In this document: piece by piece, positions 48,811-61,600 of the stretch
Numbering within the stretch: the stretch's first letter is position 1
Layout of the letters: the number at the start of each line of letters is the position of its first letter
Assembly (NCBI GenBank): GCA_964188305.1
Contig: OZ076886.1
Source: Podarcis bocagei
Lineage: Eukaryota
Reading direction: 5' to 3' (one strand)
Length of the DNA: 64,000 bases
Notes under the pieces: generated by a model
What the model was told of the DNA's origin: nothing
Seen by the model: only the letters and a program-made list of their open reading frames with translations
Database searches by the model: none
Translations under genes and position numbers: made by a program

Positions 48811-51355
48811 GTAAGCTGAGCTGCCGATGTTATCATGCAGCAAGTCTTATGTCCATGTGTACTACCAGTCAGTGAAAGGCTGCATAGCAGGGAGGGCCTT
48901 AGAAATGATAACTAGCCACAAAATTGTTTTGAAAAGGGAAAAACCAGTGAGGAGATTCTGATTCCGGTGGTAGATTCTGTGAGCATGTCAAGATCATTTC
49001 AACTTAAGGAGCTATATGGGCTGTGACACCGCTTCCATTCTTCACGGTGCTTCATGGGCAGTGCATTTCAGCATCTGTTGAGTCTCCAGTAAATCAGTGC
49101 AGGTGGTGTTGCTGGCATGGTATGTGCAATCCAGACAACTGGCTTTCTAAAGTGAGCACAGACCTTATATTTTTCGGGAGGTGGCACAAAGGACATATAT
49201 TTACTTCACCAACAAGAATTTACTCTTTTATATCTGTTATCATCTTGCTTCCTAACCTTTCCTGACTTTGCTCAGTCAGTTGACCATGTGATCAAGTCGC
49301 ATGAGCCTCCTGAAGGTCAGCAGTTCAGCCACCTGAGTTACAACAAGGCCCCTATAGGTCTGGATCACATTACAACTCCATTAAAAAAACTGGATGTTTC
49401 CTCTGTACTTACTCCCTATTATTTAAATAACATGTATGATTTGATTCCATTGCCCCAAACATTTTATTTATCAGGGCTGACAGCTTGGCAGTGGAACTCT
49501 TTTGGATGATACAGTTTTTTTCCGTATTTTTAAGAGCTTGAATGATTCAGTGCTAGATTGATATTATGTAATACAAAGTGCAAAAGGCTATTTTTCATTT
49601 TCCTGAAATAGCATATCATGCGAGTGATTACTTAATAACCCCGTTTATTCAGGCCATTACATTCCTTTTCAATGACAAAATAATGTGGCTAATTTCTTGA
49701 GCCCCTCCACATGAATATGAAGCTCCAAGGTGAGCAGTTTACATTAATCTGGAGTATTAAACTGACAGGCTAAATTCTTAAAGCGTATTAGGTCGATGCT
49801 GAGCTAGCCTGCCAGCCTAATGTACACTAACAAAGAATCTAATTGATTTCATGGTTCCAGCCTATGAATATGCTCCTTGACGTTGAAGGGATATCAGTCC
49901 AATCCTTTTGAATCAGTGCTGCAGTGATAAGTGATCATTTTAGCTGTCTTCTTTTCATTCTTAGCCGTTAAAACTAGTTGCTGAGGACTAAGCATTTTTC
50001 AACGCCAGATTATAATTGGACGTAAGGAATTAGGCTAGCATTTTCAAGAAGCATTTAGTGACAGAATTTGAAATGTGCAGATGCTGCAAGTAGAATACTT
50101 ATTATTTGCAGGTAGAATATTTTTTATTTCATTTTGGTGGACTCCTAAATATGTTTTCTTTGGGCCCAGGAGGGCACTAATTAATCACACCCAAAATGTG
50201 AAGCCACTCAGTATTCATGCAAAGTCCATTCTGATTCCTAATTTGCATAGTGGGTCTGGGAAATTCCTGACAGTCCAGAAGTGCCACAGTCTACCCAAGG
50301 AAAGGCATAATGTTGAAGCAAGATACCTGGACCCAATACCATACCTCTTTTTCCTCAAACTGTTCCATCATCTTTCTCTGTGCTGAAACATTAACTGGAA
50401 GTACCCTAGACAGCCATTTAGTCCAGAGTCACTATACAGAAGACACTCATAAAGGAATTGATATTATTTTAGATTTTGGGGTTGTACTCCTCCTAAAAAT
50501 GTTGCTTTATGGCAATGATTAGCAGTTTGCCCAGTGCTAAGTATGTACTTAATGAAGTACCAGACAAAGAACTGCCACTACTTCACTGTCTCAGAATATT
50601 ATAGTTTAAGGAAGGCATAATTCATGACGGAATGGCTAGTTCAATTCCTTGGCCACAACTAGGATGAAACCTGGTCCTTGGTGCTTTTGAGTCATTGTCA
50701 TGGGCTTAGTCCTTCAATAAGAGATAAATCACAGAAGACATTTGATTGCATTGAGTGGATAACTTGGAATTGTGATTGTATAATAATAATACCACTTCCC
50801 CAATGCAATCTTCACTATGGCCTTTCTAGTCCAGATTTTTCCCCCCTTCTTGCCACTGATACTGGCTTCACATTAAGAATCAAAAAGGGCATCAAATGAC
50901 TAGAGGTTGGCACATGTCCTAGAACATTCTTAAGGGCTTTTAATGAAGATGCAGAAACTTCTGTACTACACTTTAGATAGGATGGTGTATTTGTTGTTAG
51001 GATTCCATCAGAGACTATATGGGGGGGGGGGGTTTCTGGTATTGATTTGTTTAGTCTGTTATGTCTTTTCAGCTTTTCATCTACTAAATGAGAGTAAGGA
51101 GACTATGAGCCCACGGGGCAAAAAGTAGCCCAAGAGAAAATTAAAAATTGCCAGTCTTGCCCACGCTGTAGCTTGTGAGTAATATTTCCCAAGTAGCTCA
51201 AATGAGGCTACGTCTTGGCCACCTCTCATGGTCCCCTTCTAACAATGGCTGTCATTGCCAACCATGAAAGGGAAAGGGATTAAAATAATGAGAGTGATTA
51301 GCAGCATGCTCATCATGACGCATGCCCCTGGGCCTGAGGTCTCCCCCCATCCTGA

Positions 51356-51474
51356 AAGCTGTCTGTGGGCAAACGCCGGCTCCCTCAGCCTGAAGCAAGA
51401 TGAGCGCCGCACCTTATAGTTGCCTTTGACTGGACTTAATTGTCCAAGGGTCCTTTACCTTTTTACCTACCTTT
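51356..51474 (+). mobile_element. Sauria SINE (Squam1) 3' fragment
   Basis: caaacgccggctccctcagcctg...agatgagcgccgca...gactggacttaa...gggtcctttaccttt with ACCTTT-type tail. Confidence 0.8.
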
Positions 51475-54356
51475 AGTGCCACATACCCACAAATACTTTT
51501 AAAATACAGGGGTTCTTTTCTTTTCTTTTTTTTAATGTTAGTTTATCCAAGCAATGGGTCTTTGACTATTTTCTCTTCCTCATCAAGATTAATAGTATTG
51601 CTATTTCTCTAGTCATTTTGATAGTATTTTTTTCATCTTATTATACTAGTAGTCTCAAAGAAGTTGTAACAGGATATTTGTACATACATCTGCCAACTGC
51701 TTTGTTCAATATGTACATCGCATGCATTTTTATTTGATTTTATCTCTCCTTCTCTCTCTCTCTCTCTCTCTTCCTCCCTCTCTCTCCCTCCTTTCCTCGC
51801 TTATGTCCTCTCCTTAACCTGTGTTTAGATAAATCTTGTTCACCACATCCCTGGCCCATACACGTTCCTTAGTCACTGACTCTCCTGTCATTCAACTTCC
51901 CTCACCTTTTTCAGTGCTGTAGAATGGACCAAAGCCCCTGCTGTAGCTAAAACCATAGATCCCGGAAGGCCTGGCAGCTAGTGACTATGACTAATTCCCT
52001 GGTGAAGATTAGTCCATCAAGTGAATTAAAAGAACAAAGCTCTGTTCTCTGTTCAGGAACATGCTCCCTGCCAGTGCATTATAAAGAGTGCTTTTCTTCA
52101 GAAGAATTCTACTTCGATTCATTGGTTCGTGGGTCAGGTGGACTCTAAAACAAAGGTGTAAAACAATCCCATTCTACTGCTAATAAAATGTTTAGCAGGG
52201 ATCAACCTAGCAGTTGGTTTTCTGGGAGTGAACTCAGACCTTTTTTTTAAAAAAAAAAGGATTATAATTACTATCAACAGCCAAAGATGCCTGACAGTAT
52301 AACCAAAATCAATAATCATTTGTATTATCAAATGCTCTGCAAATTAAAATTCAAAACTGTACATACAATCGTTTCCCTCAACACTATTACCATGGTTGCT
52401 ATAGATCTTGCCTACATCTTTACATGAGATCAGAACCTGTAATATTTCAATTTTCTTCCATGACAGCTGTTGAGAATATTGAGGTTCAAGTAGGAATATG
52501 GTGTTGGGCCTATACATCTGTGTACTGCTTTGCAATTAATAGTAAAATAAGATGCCCAATTAATTAATACATCCAGTATGGGGGAATGACTTAATATTCC
52601 TATGTGTGATGGCATCACCGGGCATACATTGGAAGCTCAGTTACAAATTTCACAGTAAAGTCCACCACTCGTAACGCTGAAAATTCACCACCAGGAGCAC
52701 AAACAAGCTCCTCCTACTAGGGGTGGGCAGTATATAAATAAATTGTCTGAAACCGATTTGAAGTTCAGATTGAGATAACAGTTTCAGAATGGCAATATAT
52801 TGCCAAAGGGAGCTTGAAAACAGAGCATTCCTGTCCAGCCACTGTGAGGGGCGATCACCAGGAAGGGGGTATCACTACACCTGCCCACTCCGTCCCTCAC
52901 TGGAAAGGACATGCCAGAGTAATCGCTGGGTGCGCCAGGGCAGGCAGCCCAGCTAGGAGATTGATCCTCCTGCCCACTCCCTCCCTCCACAGCCCAGGAC
53001 CTTGACATCATGATATACCAGTATATCGCAATGGTTAACGTGTGATATATCATGATGTTGAAAACCAGGTATCACCCAGCCCTATCTCCTACTTAGCTCC
53101 AAATATCTTTGCCCACCCTGCAAACTACCTGCAGTCCTAAAAGGCACATCTCCATTTCCCATTCCCTACTGGAGATGTATTGATAATTTAAGCATTGATT
53201 TCATCTAAGGAAATAAGGCACTTGTTTTTGTATTGGTACACCCAAATCTCACTTTCATACTTAATATAAAACACACGCACACACAGCAAACCCAGTTGAA
53301 ATAAAAAAGTGACTGCTTTGTCTGTCTGAGCCAAACACTGACCTTTATCTTATTGTGAGTGTGGTTAAAAAACAACAACACACACAAACCAGTTTGTTTG
53401 TTTTTAAATGTAGCTTTTGTAAAGTCCCCTCCTGGTCTCAGGTGTCACAATATAAGCCTGTAGAACAGTTTGCCATAGAAGGCCTTTCCTAGGTCTGGTT
53501 ACGTTGCTTGAAAAAACAGTTAAGTACAGAGCACGAACTGGTGCAGTAGAGAGCCTTATTAAGGCAGCGTATATTGAGTACTGGACTGTATATCTTATTG
53601 GAAGTCAATGATGCATAAGTTCCGGGATGCCTAACAGGACTCTCAAGGATAAAATCTCAGGATCTATTTAGTTTTCCCAGTGTTTCTCCAGAACAAATTG
53701 GCTCTGATCCAAAGGGCCCATGGAGGCTGATCTAAAGCCAGTTCTTTCAGAGTTGTAAAGCATGCAAGAAAAGAGGGAAGTGAATGAGTATAATTTCAAC
53801 CCAGGAACAAGCTCATAAAATCAATGACTCCCCAAGTGCTATTGAAAAAAAGTGGTTTTTCATACCTGCTCATTACACCATCTGAGTTAGGAAAGAAACA
53901 CTGAAATCATCCATTGCCTTTAATTTGTAATGATGGGTCATATTTGGTTACTGCTCAATTATAGACAGCTATATTTGATCCCAGCATGTTGCACTGCTAT
54001 CCTTCCCAGACTGACAGTTTCACAACGGCACAATTTGCACCTGTAGGTAATAAGGATGTAGTAGTGCATAACATCATAAATTGGAGAGGTAGCTGTATAA
54101 TCCGGACTTCATGTGCCTAGATGATAATGTGACCAGTGGTGGTGTTGTGAGAGAAATTGGGAGATAACCACTGATGCTGCCAGAGTACATTTAACCAGGT
54201 GGCTGCAATTTATTTAGGTGCTAGAGGTTCTACTGCATTCAAAACTGGAGTTTTCCATTGTCACCTTTGGAGGATCTCTTACTGCTTATGCATTGCCTAT
54301 ACTGACCTGTTCCCTCTATGTTTCTTCCCCTCCAATTCCTTGGCACTTCCGTACAG

Positions 54357-55220
54357 ATGGCAATAAGGAATGATTCCTCAGATACCCATAGCTCAGAAAG
54401 CCGAGAGAACATCCATGCCGAGGTGAGTGAGCTCTGTGATCCAAATTTGTCAGCTCCATCCACTGAGGATCTGTCTGTCACTCTGACGCCCTCAGAAGCA
54501 AGAGACTCAGCCGGCTGGGGGCGATCGAGCGTTCATACTCAGCAACATTCCCGCAATCAGTATAACATTTCCATGCATGTGCCGGATTTGTGTGCCTGTA
54601 CAGACTCCCTTCAAGAACTGCCTGGAGACCCGATGGACCAAGAAGTATCAGAAATAAATAGCTCTTTTACTTCAGGAACTTGTTCAGCCATGAGTGCCTC
54701 TTCAGTGGTTCAGCCCGAGACCCCTAAGAGAAACGTAGGCAACAGTGGCAATGTCACTTTGAAGGACCTGAAGAAGTGCTACAGTGTAGATACACAGGGT
54801 CTTCTTAAAAAACCATCATCCTGGTTAGATGATCAAAGGAGACATTCCATAGAGATTTGCTCCATGGAAAACAGCCCTCAGCATCATTCCACATCTAGTT
54901 CTTCTGGCTTCATAAGTCAGGTCTTAAGTGAAATGGAAGGCTTGCAAGGGACGCGGCAGAAGAAAAAACTGAGTCCCCCGTGTATATCAATAGACCCACC
55001 TGATGAACAGAGTTTGTTACTGAGGGGGCCACGCAGCGCCACACTGCCTGCCAGTGCAGACGTTTGCTTGCGAAGACGCGCCCCGTCCTGGGATTCCAAG
55101 GATTCGGTGGACGCAGGGGACTCGGCCCTTCCAGACAGTATGTCACTAACTCCAACCCCAAAGAAAGACTTGTTGACTCTTCCTAGCTTTTCCTTTGATC
55201 AAACAGATGCGGACCCTTGA
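54357..55220 (+). CDS. CACNA1G: CACNA1G terminal coding exon 38 to stop codon
   Basis: gtacag|ATG GCA ATA AGG; motifs DLKKCYSV, SWLDDQRRHSI, KKKLSPPCISIDPP, CLRRRAPS; ends DADP-TGA. Confidence 0.96.
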   Translation: MAIRNDSSDTHSSESRENIHAEVSELCDPNLSAPSTEDLSVTLTPSEARDSAGWGRSSVHTQQHSRNQYNISMHVPDLCACTDSLQELPGDPMDQEVSEINSSFTSGTCSAMSASSVVQPETPKRNVGNSGNVTLKDLKKCYSVDTQGLLKKPSSWLDDQRRHSIEICSMENSPQHHSTSSSSGFISQVLSEMEGLQGTRQKKKLSPPCISIDPPDEQSLLLRGPRSATLPASADVCLRRRAPSWDSKDSVDAGDSALPDSMSLTPTPKKDLLTLPSFSFDQTDADP

Positions 55221-55830
55221 GTTAGTTTGTTTTCCGTTGTTGGTGCCAAATGTTTCTTTTCTCCCTCGTGTAATAAATTAAACCTTTCCATTCTAAAATG
55301 GCACTGATTTCTTAAAAAAAAAAAATCCAAAGAAAGTTTAAAGAGCTAGCTGGTTTTAAGAGTGGTTAAGCTATATCACGCTTACTTAAGCATAAGTTCT
55401 GCTTGGGTAAAAGCAATACATTGTTCAGAGTCTATATGTATATTCTATTTTATTAAATTAATTGAACCTAGTATTGCAGGATGTAGTACATTTTGTGGCT
55501 TAAAGACATTGTTTATTTTCTTCTTTTTTATGTATCTCAGAATATTCCTGAGATTGCGTTGGTTTTTTTTAATGAATATTTTAACCTTTAAAAATACATA
55601 TTTAATCCTCCCCTATTTTCTTTTCATTTTGCAAAGCACAAGATGTAGCCATTAGTGCATTACTGAGAAAATGTGTCCCATGGTCTAGAAATGAGAATAT
55701 TTGCAATTATAATGTACTTCACTCACTGACCCCTCAACTATTTTCTGTAGAAAATAGCCATTTGGAAATTTTTTTTTACAACTGTATTGGCATTAAAAAA
55801 AAGAATAAAATAATATCCAAAATGATTTTT
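55221..55830 (+). other. CACNA1G: CACNA1G 3' UTR (approximate end)
   Basis: Follows the stop codon; AT-rich with no recognisable interspersed repeat; AATAAA at 55272 and 55804, ATTAAA at 55452. Confidence 0.7.
55804..55809 (+). terminator. Candidate polyadenylation signal
   Basis: AATAAA followed by U-rich gattttttatt about 20 nt downstream. Confidence 0.55.
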
Positions 55831-56152
55831 ATTACACTGTAGAGGAAAAGCAAGTGCACAAGCTGAAGAGCATATGGGGTAAGCAGATAGACTTGAAAGA
55901 AGGTTTCTTATAGAGAGAATTCAGCAGTCTCTTAGCAATACACAAGACTGTTTAATGTGCCAGATATTTGCTGTTGCTTACTTCGGTGATCCCTAAAATC
56001 ATACTGAGCGTGAACACCTAAGGTGAGGCCCTCTGTCCTCTTCCATTGCCCTTCCTAAATATGCAGAGTATGACCTAAAGGCAGAGAAAAGGTTGTGATG
56101 CTGCAGGGTTGTCATGATCTGGTACTCATAGAGGACAATCATGTGCGCTTTA

Positions 56153-56358
56153 CAGGGCCGGCCCACCCATGAGGCAAGGTGAGGCAACCACCTTGGGCGG
56201 CAGGATCAACAGGGGCAGCAGATCCTGATGTAGATCTTTATTTCAGCCCTTTGTTCCTGATGTCAGTCTTCACTCCCCACGCTGCCTTCCCTAGTAAGGA
56301 GGTGGGAAGACCACTTTGTGGTTCGCCTCAGGTGCCAAAATGTATTGGGCTGGCCCTG
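56153..56358. mobile_element. hAT-type MITE
   Basis: CAGGGCCGGCCCA...TGGGCTGGCCCTG; 8-bp TSD gcgcttta/gtgcttta (7/8). Confidence 0.8.
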
Positions 56359-57089
56359 GTGCTTTACTAAGTCTCATCATTCTCCCCTTCTTCTGGTGGG
56401 ACAACAAAACCCAGCAGTGGCAGCAACTGCTTACAAAAGCAATCCAACCTTGTACAGTCCATCCATTTCACCTGCCTTAAAGTGCCATCAGCTATCCACT
56501 GCCAAATGGCAGTGTTTCTTTTTATTTTCTGTGGGATCAGACATTTCACATAATGACTGCAACTGGATTTCACCCCTGACTGCCATAAACAGCAAATTAA
56601 GGGTCTGGAAAATCATTTGCGTTTGTCCTTATTCAATACTGTACATCTGTGGTGCAATGGAACATAATTTGAACAAACAACTTGCCTCTTTCTCTAGTGG
56701 TAGCCATACAGTGGCTAAATACACAATTAAATTCTTTCAGATTTATACTGCAATCCTGAACACATTTACTCAGAAGTAAGTTCCCTTTGTTTCAGTGGAA
56801 CGTGCTTCCAAGAAAGGGCTTAAGCTAACAACTGACAGTGATTTGCCTGGTTGAAAATTAAGGTTGACCTAAACTGAGCAGGTAAAGCTTTTCTTGCCAT
56901 ACAGCTCCACACTAGCAAGCTGCTAACAATCTATGTGTCAGGTTGCTTTTAAAGGCACAAGGATAGGGGCAAGTAAAAAGGTTCCAGTGCTACAAATAAA
57001 CCTAGTATGTCAATTTCTTTCAGTGGCTGAGAGAACCATTTCTATATAAAAGAACCTATTTGAGGTTTGCAGGTGTATCCCATAAAGTA

Positions 57090-57337
57090 CAGTCGTACCT
57101 TGGATCCCGAAAGCCCTGGAACTCAGACGTTTTGGCTCCCGAATGGCGCAAACCTGGAAGTGAGTGTTCCAGTTTGCGAACATTCTTTTGGAAGCCGAAC
57201 GTCCAACAGGGCTTCCACAGGTTCTGATTGGCTGCAGGAACTTCCTGCAACTAATCAGAAGCTGCGATTTGGTTTTCGAAAGTTTTGAAAGTCGAACAGA
57301 CTTCCGGAACGGATTCCTTTCAACTTCCAAGGTACGA
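57090..57337. mobile_element. Tc1/mariner-type MITE, right terminus clipped
   Basis: TA|CAGTCGTACCTTGGA ... TCCAAGGTACGA (terminal CTG|TA missing). Confidence 0.85.
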
Positions 57338-58496
57338 TTCAAAGAATGCAAAGAATTCCTGCAGTAACAGGAAGATCATCTTAGGAGCGCTTTTAAATTT
57401 TATTAGCCTCTCATCAGTCTTAACAGGATCAACCCCAGACTAATTTTCTCAGCATAATGATCAGGCATCTGCTCTATGTAAACCTGGAATCATCAGATTT
57501 TAATGGATCTTTTCTGTTCATTGTCAGCTGCTTAGGGGTTTTATTTACAGTTCAGTAGCATACTGATTTTGATAAATAAAATCACCCAAACTGGTCTAGC
57601 AGAATCCAGTCTTCATCCACATGCTGAATGCTAAAGCCAAACAGTTTTCCATTCACATGGTGGGCTTAATATGAGCCCAAACCAAGACTGGCATTGGCTA
57701 CATTGAGGACATGTTTTGCTTTGCAATTCTAGGTTCTGCAGCATTGCTGCCATGCTCTTCTTCCTTAAGAAAGGGGGGGGACTCTCTTTATAGTGGTAGT
57801 GAAATTGATAATGATTCCAAAAATAAACCAGAAAAACTGCCCTTATAACCAAGAACTCCAGAAATTAATGTGTACAGTTATTTTACATATATAAAAATGT
57901 CTCTCCTACCTTTCTGTTGCCTGTGCACCTGTTCCCTGTTCATCAGTCAATATGTTAGCAGGTGGCGGTCATGGGGCCTGTAAAAAGCATAATACATTCT
58001 CTGTAGGATTTATATACACAGAGATGGATTCTGCTGTCATGTTGTCTCTTGTTAACCTGTTTTTAACCACTGCTGCTTCCGTGCATTCTGTGCTTGCAAC
58101 AACTCCCTTAAGTAGGTTAGGCTGAAAGAGAGTGGTTTGTCCATGGCTACCAGTGAGTTTCACTACTGGGCGGGAAGGGAACCTGGATGGTACCAAACTG
58201 CTTAATCCTGAAGCTGCCACACACACTGGCTCATCCTCCAAACAGCTTTGGCTAGTTAAAACAGTGCAAAAGGATTGAAGAAAGGGGTGGATTTTTTTAA
58301 AAAATGTTTTACTGCAGCTCACAATTCGGGGGGGGGGGAATCACCACTAAAAGCAGTTCTTTGCACTGGTCTAACTAGACAAAATGATCACAAGAGTAGG
58401 GAGGGCTAGTTCTTCCTTATGCCTTTGGCGCACAATTCAGTTACATATATTGGTGAAGAGGAGAGCATCACCCTCTAGACAAAGAATGAGTTAATA

Positions 58497-58689
58497 CAGT
58501 GGTACCTCGGGTTACAGACTCCGCTAACCTGGAAGTAGTACCTCGGGTTAAGAACTTTGCCCCAGGATGAGAACAGAAATCATGCGGTGGTGCGGCGGAG
58601 GCAGTGGGAGGCCCCATTAGCTAAAGTGGCACTTCAGGTTAAGAACGGACCTCCGGAACGAATTAAGTTTGTAACCAGAGGTACCACTG
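58497..58689. mobile_element. Tc1/mariner-type MITE (family A, copy 4, internal deletions)
   Basis: TA|CAGTGGTACCTCGGGTTAC ... GTAACCAGAGGTACCACTG|TA. Confidence 0.92.
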
Positions 58690-61600
58690 TAAATGTATCA
58701 TTTCCAAGGATCCCAAGGGTTGCACTGGCATAATTAGTAGTGCTTCTGCAGCGTCCAAGAATGCACTCACACACACACACTGTTGCACTGATAATTGCCT
58801 TTTTTTCTACAGACCAGGCTTCCCACCTTTAGAAAGCCTCTCCTTTGTGGTGAGATGGCTTTGCTTTTAACAACATGCTCCTGTTTTTGCTGGAAGAGAT
58901 CCATTGAATTCAGTTTAACCTGCCTCTGTGTAAATGTAAACATATTTAGGACTGCAGTGTTGGTATATGTTGTTAATCCAATTAAGGCTAAAAGACATTC
59001 TAGGCCATGCATTCCTATGGTCCTCATTTGATCAAACATTCAGTCTAAACCTGGAACTGTATTTAAAGATTGATTAAAGGGAAAGACAAACAATATTTTG
59101 AAACTCAGATTTTGAATACTTGAAATTCCAAAATAATATTGAAAATAAAATAGAATAAAACTGGAACTAGCATGATTACTAGATTAGACAAGCTCATACT
59201 GCACCCTTACCTAAAAGCACATTTCATGTGGACCTTGTCACCAAGTGATGGTATAAATCACTGTAAGGTTGTATAATTTTGAAACGTATCTGAATTAACA
59301 CCCAGGTATCCTACGTAGCTCTCTGAGCCAGTAGAATCTTGGTTCAGTATCATCCCTGCTTGTGCAATATCCTGAACACCCCAATGCTTTTGTTTCTCCA
59401 AGCCATTGAGTTTGAAATAGAATGTGAAATTTTGAATTCAACAAATTCATCAACTAAAAGTTATGATTTTTGGACCTACTGACCATATTACCACAATTAT
59501 GGTAATATGTCAGTCTATCGTTGTAATTTTCTCTGGTTAACGGGGGGAGGGCAGGATAAAAAGACAGCACAGTAAGATGGAAATATGTTTAATTCTTTGC
59601 TTTGGTTCTGAGGTTTTTTCTCATTCACCAAAGCCCTATGCAGATATTCAAAGCTATGCAAGGACAATGTGTCAGGGACCATGCTCCTTTATTCTGTTCC
59701 CACTCCCACACACAGGCAACCCTGCCATTTGCATATTCATCTATCTAACTTGTGTGCATAGGGGGCTAGACACATAGAGCCCAACACATGACGTTCCCAA
59801 CCTCACAATCTATGTACCCAATATTAGAACATACAGATGGCAGGCAGGGGTGACTTTCATTGGCCTCTGCATGCATAGGCTACAGTGTTAAATATGGCAA
59901 AGTAATACACAGACAAGTGAGTCATGCAAAGGAACATGGTCTTGATCTCACTATGCTTAGCTTCAAACATCTGCATACAGCAGAGGTGAGGGAGCTATGG
60001 CTCTCCAGATGCTGTTCAAACATATTTCCCAACAGCCCCATTCAGCATGTCACTAGTCAGGAAATATGGGAGTTGGAGTGCAACAACACAAAGGGCTGCA
60101 GGTTCCCCACCCCTGGCAAAGGGATTCCGATAATGGAATAGCGAGGTGTCAATAAAATGATGGTACACAATTTCAGCAATTGTTAAAATGTACAGTATTG
60201 ATCTGGCTGCAATCAAATCTACAAAGACTACAGACAAAGAGCATAATGTGCAATATTTCAGAGGGGAATGTGGTGCAAAATGTAATGTACACTGAAATCT
60301 CAATAACTATAACAAGTATCCTAAAAAAAAATGTTTAAAGATGTTCTGTTTTCAGCGCTTGGGGATTTTCCCACTCAGAAACTCCATGTGCATATCAATA
60401 AAGCAAAGATTTGCTTCATAAAATCATATTCAATAAAAAGATCAATACAAAACTTACTGTAACCTAATGCATTCAGGAAAATAATGCATGTAAACTACTT
60501 TGTGATACAAATATTTTCTAGTTGCCCTTTTGAAAATCCAATTACAGTACTAAAGCATGTGCAATAATCTTCGAAGAATTTTAAATACCTTTGGGATGGG
60601 CTTTTTTGAAATATATATATAATTTGACTTTTTTTAAGAAAACAAAAAGGTTCTAAAGAGAAATACACAAATTCTGTAGAATGGTTATGCTGATTTTTTA
60701 ATATATATTTTTGTAGAAATCTCTAGAGCAATTGTCAAGCCTGCCAAGCATCTTGGAAATAGAAGAGGCCTAAGTTCTGGCATTTTAGCCTGAGGTTTTT
60801 GAGACCAGAGCTGATACGTTTTGAGATACATGTTTTTACCTGTTTTTCCAATATCAAGGGTAAGGATTTGAGAACTTAATTTTAGCTCCCAGTTCTAAAC
60901 ACATTTCGAAGAGGCCAATCGCTTGACAATTTCATAGTAGATGCACTACACAAGCAACCTGCTCTTGCCCAACTATCATTCATTTCAGCAGCTATTATTG
61001 AAATGACTGCACCTCAGGCATTAAGGTTTTTTCCCCTGCTGAATTCATTTGGATGTGGATTGCATGCACCCACGAAATAAATTCAGCTACATTCATGGCT
61101 CTTTTCTCCACTGATTTGTTAATGGCTGACGAGGGTTATAAAACTTCATTTTTTTCCAGTGTGATTAGTAAACCAAGGCTTCAATCCTTTACACATTTAC
61201 CCTGAGTGTAGGCATGTAAAGAATTACACAGTAAGGCTATGATCTAAAGCACACTTTCTACTGAGTAAGTCCCACTGAATTCAATGAGCTTTCTGAATAT
61301 ATATCACTGGGATTGTGTTGCATAATTTTAGTCACAGTTTAAGCATATGTGTGTGTGTGTGCGCATGCACACAACACGCTCTAACAGCAAGGTAAACAGC
61401 AAATGAAAGCTCACACTGGGACCCACACAACCTGGCTCAAGTTTCTTGGGTCTCTGCAGATGTTAAAAAAAACACGTGTATTTCAAAAACTTGGTTGCAG
61501 AATTCCATTTGAACAAAACGAGTAGGTTAGCTTAGAGAGCAACTAACTAAGATTTCATGTCACAAATTAATTTTATTTGCAAGAAAAATGCTATACTAAT

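Noticed and set aside
56318-56779. 153-aa ORF downstream of the gene
   Set aside because: Starts inside a hAT MITE and ends in a hairpin repeat; no recognisable motif
26823-58689. All four family-A MITEs in the same orientation
   Set aside because: With four copies this occurs by chance 1 time in 8
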